Assembly (NCBI RefSeq): GCF_006345805.1
Contig: NC_043002.1
Coordinates: 39,246,001-39,310,000 of the forward strand
Source of the DNA: Octopus sinensis
Lineage: Eukaryota
Reading direction: 5' to 3'
DNA length: 64,000 nucleotides
Shown one piece after another: positions 1-13,100 of this stretch. Made by a program: the position numbers and the translations under genes. The notes beneath the pieces are model-generated. The model saw only the letters and a program-made list of their open reading frames with translations, searched no databases and was not told the origin of the DNA. The first letter of the stretch is position 1; each line of letters starts with the position of its first letter.

Positions 1-115
1 CCGTTAATTTCCTGTTTTCAAGAATTGTCGCCATTTGTAAATACCTACCATCCCGCTTGCTTTCTATCTCCCCTCATTTCTAAGGCTTTCTTTATTATCT
101 GTTTAACTGAGTACT

Positions 116-218
<103 letters not shown>

Positions 219-399
219 AGATAAATAGGCTGAGAGTAAGATAGATATAAACATATAAATAGATAAAGCAAGCGAGAAATAAACCAGTCTCACAGCGACA
301 TGGTTTCGTATTCGCTCATACTGCGTGTCACAAGCCACTCGTCATCCCGAAGTTGTAGCATAAAAAATACATGGGCGTTCGAGTTGGTCAATATCTTAT

Positions 400-509
400 T
401 TCTTATTTCTTTATTGCCCACAAGGAGCTAAACATAGAGGGGACAAACAAGGACAGACAAAGGCTACGCATTTCGCCCGGCGTGATAACGTTTCTGCCAG
501 CTCGCCGCA
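400..509 (-). mobile_element. Octopus SINE family A (ggcgagctggcagaa head), internally deleted copy
   Basis: Head and tail match longer copies at 9558-9825 and 21843-22252. Confidence 0.8.
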
Positions 510-659
510 ATATCTTGCGACTGAAATTTGGTGGACGGAAATACTACAGAAGCCATGGGTGTGAGTGTGAGTGTGTGTGTGTATGTGTGTGTGTATATGT
601 GTGTGTGTGTTTGTGATTATTATTTGCTTTTTATGCTATAATAAAAACAATTTTACATT

Positions 660-792
660 AAATTGAAGGACTACCCAAGAGTAAAAAAAAGCCATCATCG
701 GATTATGGTACATTTGAGTTCCTCTTGGCTTTGGTTTTAAAAAGTCTCTGTTAAAATTTTCTTGGATGAGCTGAGTTCCGTTGAATAGTAAT

Positions 793-852
<60 letters not shown>

Positions 853-1300
853 CGTTCCTGTCTGCTCTGAGTTTCGCCTTGGATTGGGCTGTTCATAACT
901 ATGAGGTGGATGAAAAGATTTGCAATTTATATGAGGGTGAGTTGACCTTAGAATTGTGTGAGTGGACAAGGAAGTAAACGTCCAAAGATGTATGGATTGA
1001 ATTTGAAAGGTATTGTTACGGTGTTTGTTATTATGCATTGGTCGAGATGCTCCTGTTCTCCTCTCATGTTTTGCATTAGCTTGGACTTTTAGAGATTAGT
1101 AAAATTATTTTAGTTAAAACTTTTAAAGGATGGTAAGATTATTAAGAATGGCCCTTGTTGTGGTTCAAAATGTAAGACCTGATTGATAATTTTAAAGGCA
1201 GGTTTAAATTAGAGGAGGATTTTTTGTTCTGGTTCAGTGGACACATTCTTTTATTCATACGTTTAACTTGGGAATCCATGGTCTCTGATGTCGGAAAAAA
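660..1300 (-). pseudogene. Very degenerate Penelope-like 3' (GIY-YIG-side) remnant
   Basis: Minus-strand peptides IRSYILNHNK and HNNKHRNNTF...TSLSTH...PHINCK resemble PLE C-terminal motifs; many stops; interrupted by (CA)n. Confidence 0.4.
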
Positions 1301-1667
1301 TGAATAAAACATTCAACGATGCTGCGAATAGTAACCTGCAATTGATGCGAGATTGAATTTGAATAGCCATCTATGTATCATATTTAATGCATTTACACTG
1401 TTAACATGCCAGTTACTGTAGTAGTTGTCCTGCGATAACGTCTCCGCTAAAATGCCGAAATGCATCCAGCATCCCGCTGGCCACGACTGAAACGGACTTT
1501 CGTCGCTCTCTGATAGGTATGTATTTAACACAAGTCCAAAAGAGACGTTACCATGTTTTATCATAAAAAATAGTGCAGCAATTAGCCTGTCGACAGTGTG
1601 CATATATTATGTATATATTATGCAATTCCAATTAAATGCTGTCTCAGTGGTGAATATTGGTTAGATA

Positions 1668-1668
1668 T

Positions 1669-1734
<66 letters not shown>

Positions 1735-1744
1735 CGATAGATAG

Positions 1745-1788
<44 letters not shown>

Positions 1789-1822
1789 GATAGATAGATA
1801 GATAATAGATAATAGATAGATA
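1668..1822. repeat. (AGAT)n microsatellite (second large AGAT/AGAC array at ~20715-20945)
   Basis: Direct tetranucleotide array. Confidence 0.97.
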
Positions 1823-2797
1823 TACATGTATGTGTGTGTGTATTATATAAAATAATTACGTAGAAATGCATTTGAATTTCCAAAAGTGAAATAGTAGTCG
1901 TGAATACGAAAATTCCCTCAAAACGTTATATAATCAATACACATATTCCTTCAGACAAGATAGTGAGAGAAAAAAAAACACAATTATTCTCTCAGAATAC
2001 GCCTCGAGTCTGAAAGATAACTTTATTGACAATTTCAGAATCAATACTTGTAAAACTTCTTCAAAAACCTTCACTGCTTATCTGAAAGTTGGATTTTGTT
2101 ACTTCTAACCGCCCACATCAGAGAAAATACCTCTTAGAAACAACCAAACTATAATATAAGAATACCCACAAATTTTGTACGTCATCTTTTCTGTATAAGT
2201 TTAAAATGCTAATAAATCTGCACAGGAACTATTGTGTGTTACCTTACGCTCCAAGTTAAGCAATTTTTCACTTGTTTAAGAAATATTGATTAAAATGCTA
2301 ATGAACTTTCCAACGAGTTTTGTTTATTTACCAATCTGTCATACGTTACCCTGCTTGTTCTTGTGTTATCTAACCCCTCCAAGAACAATCAGAATTTTTA
2401 CATAGTGTCTAATGTGTATAGAATTGTCACCCGTATACCGTTAACTAGCATTTCTTTTTACAAAATATATTGAGTTTTACTTTCGATATATTTCTTCTCT
2501 TACCACCTCTTTTATAGTATCATCATTTTCATTTATTATCCTTTCTTCCCTTCATTTTTATTCTTTTTTTTTTTTTTTGAAACTATATCATGTATATCGC
2601 CAAACCCTGTTCTTACAGGATCGGGAGACATCTCTTCCTACCTCTACATTACTTAAATAGCCTGACTCTCAAACCATTCCTTGTTTTCCTTTCTGGTCTC
2701 CCCACCACCACCTCACTTATATCATGTAATATTTTCTCAGCTTCTCTAGAGAATTAAATTAGTCTCTCCCACCGCTTTCTCTCTCTCTCTCGCTCTC

Positions 2798-2851
<54 letters not shown>

Positions 2852-3221
2852 GCTCTTATTTTTGTCTTTTCCATATTCTTTCTCCTTCCTTGTCATTGTT
2901 TTTTTTCCATTTTCTTTATATCTTCCTCCCTCTTTCTTTAGAAACTTTTTGTTCTTATTTCACGTTATAATTTTTTAATTTTGTTTACATATATTTTCTC
3001 TGAAGATACATTTATATCTCTCTCTTTTATTTTGCTTTTTATTTAATTTGATTATATAATCTTGTATCTCATATTTATATTTCATAGTTTAATATTTTTT
3101 AGCATTTATATTTTTACATATAGTCTTCCTTGACTATTCAAAAAGATGCATGTATATGTATGTATGTATATGTGTGTGTTTGTGTAGGTGTTTGATTATG
3201 TGAATGTGTTTGCGTATTTAC

Positions 3222-3222
<1 letters not shown>

Positions 3223-3284
<62 letters not shown>

Positions 3285-3300
3285 TAGTAGTAGTAGTTGT

Positions 3301-3375
<75 letters not shown>

Positions 3376-3404
3376 TGTAGTAGTAGTTGTAGCAGCAGCA
3401 GCAG
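3223..3404. repeat. Compound (TAG)n/(CAG)n microsatellite
   Basis: Direct trinucleotide arrays; poly-V/poly-L/poly-Y ORFs are artefacts. Confidence 0.97.
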
Positions 3405-4083
3405 AAGGCCGGATTGAGACATATCGAGGCCCTAAGCACTTAAAAGACTTTGGTGCCCCTATAAAAGATTATGTAATTCAAAATATAAACAATAACAAAC
3501 CATAAAATAAATTCTTAGTTTTCAAAACGAAACAAAACAGCAGGAGGAAAAATAATGTTTATTTTTGTATACTTCCACTTTATTTATATTTGAAAAGTTT
3601 CCTCCTACTTTTTTCAATTGCAAAGTCTTTGATCAGATCCTCAAAATTAATGTTAGGTAATAATTTTATAAAAAAACATTTCAGTACCGGTTTCGGTCAT
3701 TGAGACTTTTTCAACTGTAAATATGGAAAACAATAAAATTTTGGAAAACTTAAATGAAAAGACTTTTAAAAGAATATTTGCTTAGTATTCAAATACAGGG
3801 GCCATTTTCCTTGTTTCTGCCTGTCTCTGTCTCCCTTGTTTACTCTTGTGGGTTCCAGGCCGTTGTCCTCAATGGCCGAAACCGGTACTGAAAGTTTTTT
3901 ATAAATTTATTTTAGCATTTACTATCTTGACTTTTTTATATATATATTATATATATATATAATATATATATTGGCCTGCTCGCTTAGCCAGCGGGGTGGC
4001 GTCATTCGAAGGCTAAAAACAATGCGAACGCATTGTGACCAGCGATGTGTAACAACATCTGATGGTCTGGTCGGTCACGTGAT

Positions 4084-4134
<51 letters not shown>

Positions 4135-4172
4135 CATTACATACATACATACATACTACATACTATATAATG

Positions 4173-4203
<31 letters not shown>

Positions 4204-4254
4204 CTATATACATGGAAATATATATATATATATACTATATCCTTATATATACAC

Positions 4255-4338
<84 letters not shown>

Positions 4339-4904
4339 TATCATTTATTTTTTATATTTATATTTGCTGTCATAGGGTATTGCTCTGCAATACATATCTG
4401 ACATTGTTTTTTCAATTATGTACGGCGTGCTGTATTCGATAATTTATAACCTAGTATCGAAAATTTCAACTCATCTTTCTTTTACACGACAAATATCTGG
4501 ATAATACTGACCTTTGTTTTTAGCTGTATCCAGCGCCCACTTATTCTCCTCTTTTACCTTCTACCTTCCTTCACTAAATCCTTGAAGCCGAACAATTGGT
4601 CCCCAGTACTTAATTTTTCAGGTCTGGTATTTATTAAAACGGTACCTTTTGCTAATCGGGTAAGTTACGGAGACGTGAACAAACAAGCAATGGTTGTCAA
4701 CCGATTGTGGGGGAACACACAGACACACATATATATACATACACACACACGCGCACACACACATATATATATACATATACATGCATATACGTATATATAT
4801 TATAATATTTATGTATGTATAAGATGTATATACACAAATATATATGTATATATATATATCATAAAGTATATGTAATGTGTGCTTGTATATATATATATAT
4901 ATGC

Positions 4905-5063
4905 TGTATGGTAAGTAGCTTGCTTACCAATCACATAGTTCCGGGTTCAGTCCCACAGCGTGGCACCTTGGGCAAGTGTCTTCTACTATAGCCTCGGGCC
5001 GACCAAAGCCTTGTGAGTGGATTTGGTAGACGAAAACTGAAAGATGCCCGTCGTATATGTGTG

Positions 5064-5117
<54 letters not shown>

Positions 5118-5330
5118 TGTGTCTCTGTTTGTCCTCCCAACATCGCTTGACAACCGATGCTGGTTTGTTTACGTCCCCGTAACTTAGTGGTTCGGCAAAA
5201 GAGACCGATAGAATAAGTACTAGGCTTACAAAGAATAAGTCTTGGGGTCGATTTGCTCGACTAAAGGCGGTGCTCCAGCATGGCCGCAATCAAATGACTG
5301 AAACAAGTAACTTAGTAAAGAGTAAAGAGT
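4905..5330 (+). mobile_element. tRNA-derived SINE family B with CORE-like ccttgggcaag segment and internal (TG)n; further copies at 5805-6000, 35525-35875, minus-strand pieces at 4560-4720 and 40470-40780
   Basis: tRNA-like B box ggttccgggttcagtccc, shared body and tail across copies in the window. Confidence 0.85.
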
Positions 5331-6011
5331 ATATATCGGCGGTGCAGTGGAACTGAACCCGAAAATATGTGGTTACAAAGTGAGCTTCTTCTTAACCACA
5401 CAGCCATGTCTGAGAAATTAGTGTTTTAAAACAGCTTTACCGAAAGTTTGGAAAAGATCGATAATGCAAAGAGATGTGAAACTTGCATTAAGATAACTAA
5501 TTTTCTTTAAGAAAACATAATTACATAATTACATAATGCGCTTACATCGCAAATAATCAAATTAATTCTGTATATGAAAACAGATTTCTATGTCTGTTAT
5601 AAAATCAATTTTTCGATTTGGAATCTAAATAATTTGATGCAAAGTGAATTATAATATATTACGTAATTGTTGTCACATGGTTTACTGATTAGACTCAACA
5701 CTATAATCTGACAAACTGTCGAATATACACATATGTGTGTGGTTGTGTGTGTGTGTGTGTGTCAGTATGTGTATGTTGTGTGGGAGGGGGGCGTGTACGT
5801 GTATGCATATGGTTGTGTGGTAAAGATGTTTACTTCTCAACCACATGATTTTGAGTTCAGTTCCGATGTGCGGCACTTTGGTCATGTGTCTTCTACTATA
5901 GCCCTCGGCCGACTGTTGCCTCGAGCCGACTATAGCCCCGGGCTGACTATAACCCCAGGAATGTAAACAAACAACACTGGTTGTCACGCGGTGATGGGAG
6001 ATAAGGTCAAA

Positions 6012-6400
6012 TACACACACACACACACACACACACACAAATACATACATACACACATACATACATACATACATAATACATACATACATACACACACACA
6101 TACATGCATACATACACACACACATACATAAATACATACATACACACTCATACATACATTCATACATACATACATACATACATACATACATACATGCATA
6201 CATACATATATACACAAATACATACATACATAAATACATACATACGTACGTACATACATACATACAGACATACATAAATACATACATACGTACATACATA
6301 CATACATACATACATACATACATACATACATACATAGACACACATACATGCATACATATATACATAAATACATACATACATAAATACATACATACGTACG

Positions 6401-6432
<32 letters not shown>

Positions 6433-6548
6433 CATACATACGTACGTACGTACATACATACATACATACATACATATACATACATACATATACATACATA
6501 CATACATACATACATACATACATACATACATACATACATACATACATA
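6012..6548. repeat. Long (ACAT)n compound microsatellite
   Basis: Direct array; source of the MYVC ORFs. Confidence 0.98.
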
Positions 6549-6847
6549 AAATGCCTTGCGGTGTTTTACCGGTTCTTTACGTTGACTTCAAATCCTACAA
6601 ACGTTCTGGTTTTATGCCCATGTTGAAAATTAATAATACTGATGGGCAGCCAGAACCGTGAGAGCATCGAATAAAATGTCTTGCGGTATTTATATGAGCC
6701 CCTTACGTTCTGAGTTCAAATTCCACCAAGGTTGACTCTACTTTTCTTCCTTTCGGCATCGATAAATCAAATACCAGTCAAGTACTGGGGTCGATGTGAT
6801 CGACTTACCCGCTTCCTACAAATGTCAGGCCTTGTGCTTATTGTAGA

Positions 6848-6885
<38 letters not shown>

Positions 6886-7362
6886 TGAGTGAGAGAGCAG
6901 TGCATGCCATCAAGTGACACTGGGGTAAAATATACGAAGCCCAATATACCCATCATGACTACCCGTCTGATAAAGGTACAACCAGACACATGCATCAAAA
7001 CCATATGGGCGCGACATGGTGATCTCATATCAAGATAAACAGCACATGACCTTGCAGGTGGGGCCCAGTTAGATTTTCTTCAGGTTGAGTAGCCCATCCC
7101 GCTCAAAAGGTCCCTGAATAAGGGTTGTTTAAGGATGTTGAAAGAACCACCCATGTTTCCAGAGGTGAATTATTCAAACCCAAAGAATCCCTCTCAACAC
7201 ATGTCTATGATGCTCCCCACTACTTCTGCTCGTGATCAGAGATGCACATATCGTCAGCCACTAAGGGACATGCTCAACTGGTTAAGGTCAAACAACTGAC
7301 AAGCAAATCTGTGGTATTGAGCAGAATATTGCTGTAGCCCATCTTTTATACCAGACAAAACA
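6886..7362 (-). mobile_element. Unclassified retroposon with (AAT)n tail; second copy at ~14598-14995
   Basis: Two ~400-470 bp highly similar copies, both abutting (ATT)n on the same side. Confidence 0.75.
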
Positions 7363-7374
7363 TGTTATTATTTA

Positions 7375-7427
<53 letters not shown>

Positions 7428-7883
7428 CGTCATTATTGTTATTATTGAAGCGGCCAGCTGGCGGAGTCGTTAACATGTCAAACGACGTGCTTAACGGTAT
7501 TTCGTCTGTCCTCACGTTCTGAGTTCAAATTCCGCCGACGTCACTTTGCCTTCCATAATTTCGGGGTCAATAAAGTAAGTACCAGTTGAGCACTGGGGTC
7601 GATGCAATCGATTTACCCCCTCCCTCGAAATTGCTGGCCTTGTGCCAAAATTTGAAATCACTGTTATTGTTGTTATTGTTGTTTGTATCATTTAATTATT
7701 TACTTTTCTTAATTTTATTTTTATATTCTTTTGTTAAGTCCATCTCGTTGTAGTGTCTCCTTTCATCGATGTAAACCCTTACCTGTCTGTTGCATTTTGC
7801 TCTTTGATATTGTCCTCAATGTCTTGAGCCCTTGTGGATAATAATTGAAATCATTATCATCATCGTCGTCGTCGTCATCATCC

Positions 7884-7926
<43 letters not shown>

Positions 7927-8039
7927 TATTATTATTATTTTGGTTGTCTCAGGTTCGGTCTTATTCCTGATATATTACATTATTATTAATTATATTATTA
8001 TTATATTATTTTATATTATTATTATTATTATTATTATAT

Positions 8040-8596
8040 GATATTATTTATTATTCAGTAGTTTTATTTTTATAGCGTGCTTTCACTTCACTAACGAGCG
8101 CAGCTCTGTTGCCTTGGTAGTGCTGTATGTTGTGGTTGTTGTTTTGCTGCTGCTCTGATGGTTATTGTATGGAAAGTGTTCTGCGTAGGATGTTGCAGTG
8201 CCTAGTAGTGTGCAATTTTTTCTGTATGTTATATGTTTTGTAAGTCCTGGTGTTTTTGTTATGTATTTATCTGAATATTTTTTTATCATGCCTAATGCAC
8301 CTACTATGATAGGATTGTTTCTGTTTTCAGATTCCACATTCTAGTTACCTCTATTTCCAGGTCTTTGTATTTTGAGAGTTTCTCCATTCTTTTAGAGACA
8401 CGTTGTCATTTGCCGGTATTGATACATCAATTAGAAGCATTTTTTTTTCTTCATGATCTCTGACAACTATATCTGGTCTGTTGGCCTTAATTTCTTTCTG
8501 TGTGTATCGCATATCCCAGAGTATGGTTGCTTTCTCGTTTTCTGTGACCTTTTCTGGTGTGTGCCTATACCATCTTTTTTCTGTTGTTATTCCATA
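8040..8596 (-). mobile_element. 3' end of R4/Dong-like non-LTR retrotransposon (restriction-like endonuclease domain)
   Basis: ATILWDM...KANRPDIVVRD...LIDVSIP...PIIVGALG...LLGTA motifs (PD-D REL), (AAT)n tail; truncated by the assembly gap. Confidence 0.9.
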
Positions 8597-8696
8597 NNNN
8601 NNNNNNNNNNNNNNNNNNNNNNNNNNNNNNNNNNNNNNNNNNNNNNNNNNNNNNNNNNNNNNNNNNNNNNNNNNNNNNNNNNNNNNNNNNNNNNNN
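8597..8696. other. 100-N assembly gap
   Basis: Run of exactly 100 N; adjacency across it is unverified. Confidence 1.
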
Positions 8697-9134
8697 AGCG
8701 ATGTGTACCAACATCTGATAGCCTGGTCGGTCACGGTGATATATATATACACACACATATACACATGTGTGTGTTTCTTTTTATACTCAGTTACTTTTGT
8801 AGAGTACAAATTTATCATTCTTAAACAAAAATATTATTGACAGCGACTTCGAAATTTTGGCCAGCTCCCACAATGGTCTAACTGGTCGGCACTTGAAAGT
8901 CACTAAATTAGGTACTACACCGACAAATTTGAAGGGATGTGAGGCAGTCGATTACATTGACCTCAGTATTTGACTAGTACTTTATATCATCAACCTCAAA
9001 CGGACGAGAGGCTAAGTTGACCTCGGCTGGATTTGAACTCAGAGCGTAGCGAACTAGAACAAATGCCACAAAAGCATTCTCCACGCCCTAAAGATTCTGC
9101 CACCTCGCCGATAATAATATTGTTGCGTTAGAAA

Positions 9135-9508
9135 GGAGCACTCCGTCGGTTGCGACGATGAGGGTCCCAGCTGATACGATCAACGGAACAGCTTGCTCGT
9201 GGAATTAACGTGCAAGTGGCTGAGCACTCCACAGACACGTGTACCCTTAACGTAGTTCTCGGGGATATTCAGCGTGACACAGAGAGTGACAGGGCTGGCC
9301 CTTTGAAATACAGGTACAACAGAAACAGGAAGAAAGAGTGAGAGAAAGTTGTGGTGAAAGAGTACAGCAGGGATCACCACCATCCCTGCCGGAGCCTCGT
9401 GGAGCTTTAGGTGTTTTCGCTCAATAAACACTCACAACGCCCGGTCTGGGAATCGAAACCACGATCCTATGACCGCGAGTCCGCTGCCCTAACCACTGGG
9501 CCATTGCG
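9135..9508 (-). mobile_element. tRNA-derived SINE family C, tail type 1
   Basis: tRNA-like head gcaatggcccagtggttagggcagcggactcgcgg...ggtttcgattccc on minus strand; tail also seen at 25290-25480. Confidence 0.85.
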
Positions 9509-9557
9509 TTAGAAGAGTTTGTAGAACGAACATGAGGCAATAAGTTGTAATAGAATA

Positions 9558-9825
9558 GGGGGACGAGCTGGCAGAATTGTTAGCACACTAGGCAAAATAC
9601 CCAGTGAAATCTTGTCCATCTTTATGTTCTGAGTTCAAATTTCACCGAAGTCAACTTTGACTTTCATTTAAATCAGCCGAGATTGACTTTGCCTTTCATC
9701 CTTTTCGGGGTCGATTAAATAAGTACCAGTTACGCACTGGGGTCGATGTAATCGACTGAATCTGTTTGTTTGTCCTTGCTTGTCCCTTCTATGTTTAGCC
9801 TCCTGTGGGGCAATAAAGAAATAAA
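9558..9825 (+). mobile_element. SINE family A, near full length (more than 15 copies in window, e.g. 7450, 13580, 15447, 19330-19790, 20040-20400, 21843-22252, 27318, 34040-35270)
   Basis: Repeated ggcgagctggcagaa...gagttcaaattcc...ggggtcgat...gtgggcaataaagaaat. Confidence 0.9.
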
Positions 9826-10647
9826 TAAGTTGTAATAGAAATTATAGTAGGCAAAGCTGATGCGAATATTAACTGTTGTTCTTCTAATCGAGCTAACCTC
9901 CTCTTTCTTTCTGTCCACCACCAACATACAGTTGTGCCATACTGTCAGAGAAATAACAACTCCACCATCTCCTCAGCTCAAACTTTCATTGCTTAAAAGC
10001 AAGACATATGGCAGTTATAACGTTGTTTTGTAATTTTAACTATTATTTACATCTGTTAACACAACGTTCAGTTTGTGTGTTTTGTTTTGTTTTTGTTTTG
10101 TTTTGTTTTTTGTTTAACTAAAATGAGCTGATTTTCCATCATTTACATGTTTATATGCTTTTAGGATGGCCGGTTGGTTGGTTGGTGGTTGGTTGGTTGG
10201 TTGGTGGTTGGCTGGTTGGTTGGTTGGTTGGTATGTTTTTAATTAATCAAAAGTGAAACTGTGGTTGTGTGGTTAAAGTGTCTTGGACTACTACACTCTG
10301 AAGTCTATTAGATCACTATTCACAAGGCATGAATGATGGTTCGGTTATATACATACATGCACACACACACACACACACACACACACAATATTGTCATTTT
10401 AGTAAATAAATAAATAAGTTGACATAATGTCTAAAAGTTGATGAACCACCTATTGATCCCCTCCATTTTCTTATTGCACTGTAGATTAATGGTAAAATAT
10501 CTCTTTACCTTCACCTATTCAGTACACTCGGTAATGTAGTATTAATAATTGGGTATTCTACCAGCAGTATATTGGATAGATATTATCCCTTAGTGGGTTG
10601 GATTCACAACCTCTAACTTTCTTGGAATATATATATATATGGGGGGG

Positions 10648-10940
10648 GGCGCAATGGCCCAGTGGTCAGCGCAGTGGACTCGCGGTTTCGATTCCCAGAC
10701 CGGGCGTTGTGAGAGTTTATTGAGCGAAAACACCTACAGCTCCACGAGGCTACGGCAGAGGATGGTGGCGATCTCTGCTGTACTTTTTCGCCAAAACTTT
10801 CTCTCACTCTTTTCTCTGTTGGCCTGCTCGCTTAGCCAACAGGGTGGCGTCATTTGAAGGCTAAAACAATGCGGAGCGCATTGTGACAAGCGATGTGTAC
10901 CAACATCTGATAGCCTGGTCGGTCACGGTGATCACGGTGA
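10648..10940 (+). mobile_element. tRNA-derived SINE family C, tail type 2
   Basis: Same head and central region as 9135-9508 but a different 3' tail; tail alone also at 3970-4090 and 8697-8740. Confidence 0.85.
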
Positions 10941-11196
10941 TATATATATATACAAAGTATGGTGGTTTAGTTCACAGCTGATCTAAACGATTAGGTACAC
11001 TAGGTAAGTACTGTAACAGATTACTGGGGCCATTGCAAATTTCAGAAGTAGCGGAAATATAATAGTTAAACAAGACGTCAAACATACTTCTTTTTCCTTC
11101 TCTCTTTCCATCTCCTAATTCTTTTACTCCCTTCCTCTATGTTGCCACCTTATTGATATATACCATTCTCATTTTCCATATATTTCGCCCTATTTG

Positions 11197-11250
11197 TCTC
11201 TGAGGATGGAATATCCCATACTCGGGGATATCCCAGAAACAGCTGTAAGA
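11197..11250 (+). ncRNA. Minimal type I hammerhead ribozyme (Penelope-type)
   Basis: tct-CTGAGGA-[tggaatatccc/gggatatccca stem II, 1 mismatch]-GAAA-palindromic stem III acagctgt-A-aga. Confidence 0.8.
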
Positions 11251-11378
11251 TTTTGAATTTCTTCCTATAATGATATTGTAAATGACTTGAGATATTTGCT
11301 TTGCCTTAATGTTTGACGTCCTGTTTAACTATTATATATTAATATCTATATATATAATATATTATATATATATATATA

Positions 11379-11423
<45 letters not shown>

Positions 11424-11464
11424 GTTAAACAGGACGTCAACATTAAGGCAAAGCAAATATATAT

Positions 11465-11495
<31 letters not shown>

Positions 11496-11695
11496 CACCA
11501 TATATGACCGTCTCATTGAGACACTTAGTTCTCTGCTCTATTTTTTTTTTCTCTTCATCTTTTCTTTGAGCAGAAGAGCTTATGCTTCGAAACGTAAAAG
11601 TATTTTCCTTCTATTTTCTCAAACGTAAATCAAATACACACTTAGCTTGCTTTCCTTTCTACCTCGTCTTCATATTATTTATAATTTTTGCACTA

Positions 11696-13100
11696 CACCC
11701 AGAACCAAGCTAATAGCTTAGGAGTAAAATCTGCGATTTCTCGGTTTTCTGTGAACCGATTTTGATAAAATTTTTCTCAGGTGGTTTGCACACTATGGCA
11801 ACACCATTGTTATTGTTTTCACTATTCTGTGTTACGTCCTGTCTTTTTTATTTCAGATTCTTCATTTTTTTTTTTTTATGAACCAGGATAATAGCGTCTC
11901 TCCTCTCTAAGAACAATGGGACATGAAAAAGGCCTTAATCGCTAAGGATCCGATTGTGGGACCTCCAAGACTATGACAGCTAGGGATTTAAGGAATATTG
12001 TCTGTAAATTACGTGGGAAACCTGGACAAACAAGCAAAGCCATTTTCACCGCCTCTGGACTTCCTCGTGTACCGAAAGTCACCACAAATCGCATCCTTCT
12101 GTGCGAGAACTCCCGAAACTGCTTCCTTTAACGCCCCGTCACAGGAGTTTGAGGCTTCAATGGACCCGAAAGTACATGACGTTAGACATGAGCTGTATTT
12201 TGTTCACTAATGAAACCAGGGCGACCCTTGACGGACCTGGCGGCTGGGCAAATGGTTGGGTCTATTTTGGAGATTAGCGTCACCAACGTTTACGACGTCA
12301 ACAACAGGATGGAGGAGTTATGTTGTGGGCTGGTATCATTGAGAAGAAACTTGTTCGCCCAGTCAGGGTGCCTGAAGGGTTTAAAGTAACCGCAGCTGCT
12401 TAGGTCTTGGATCCCTGGCTAGATGACATACTGCTGTCACTTCTAAGAAATCTCATATTCATATTTGACAACGCTTCCTCCCACTTTGATAGGACCACCC
12501 AAACATTGCTAGGGTTTCACGACATACAAGGTGAAAGGTTGATGGTGAGGCCACCAGCATCTCCGGATCTCAACCCTACCGAAAATCTTTGGTCCATCAT
12601 TAAACAAGATGTTTATGCTGATGGACGCCAATTTACGTCGAAAGATTCTTATGGGCGACCATCAAAGCTGCAGCAGAGGTAGTCCAACCTGCTATTATTA
12701 AGAAATTGACAGATTCCATGAATAATAGGATTTTTGAAGTTATTCGTCGAAATGGCGCCCCATATGGCTAAATAATTCATTATGTCAATAAATACTATAA
12801 TATTATTATGGTTTTCTGTTAAATATATACTCAATGTATGCTTAAAATATATCATTACCCTTCATTTTCTGAGAAAAAATGTTTAGACGGGCTAATTTTC
12901 AGTCAAAAGCTATTAGCGTGGTTCATCCAAAAACTGGAGAATCTGAAATAAAAAAGAAAGGACACTACACAGAATAATGAAAACATAACAATGGTGTATA
13001 CCATATTATGAATACCAGCTTGGAAACATTTTATCAAAATCACGGAAAACCGAGAAATCCTACGTTTCACTTCTAATCTATTAGCGTGGTTCTGGAAGCA
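11696..13100 (+). mobile_element. Tc1-family DNA transposon relic with ~200-bp IR/DR-type inverted repeats
   Basis: FTDETRATLDG, GVMLWAGI, FIFDNASSH, PPASPDLNPTENLWSIIK (DD34E); long TIRs each with two gaaccacgctaatag-like repeats; TA flanks. Confidence 0.92.

Noticed and set aside
5682-6547. Long ORFs (285, 187, 127 aa) rich in MYVC
   Set aside because: Read-through of an (ACAT)n microsatellite; the same applies to the IYIY, CVCV, HTHT, LSIY, poly-I, poly-L and poly-V ORFs across the window.
8351-8840. ORFs spanning the N run
   Set aside because: Artefacts of translating the 100-N gap; the two sides are unrelated repeats.
9440-9508. tRNA gene-like sequence (also at 10648 and other SINE heads)
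   Set aside because: A/B-box head continues into a SINE body; no complete cloverleaf evident.
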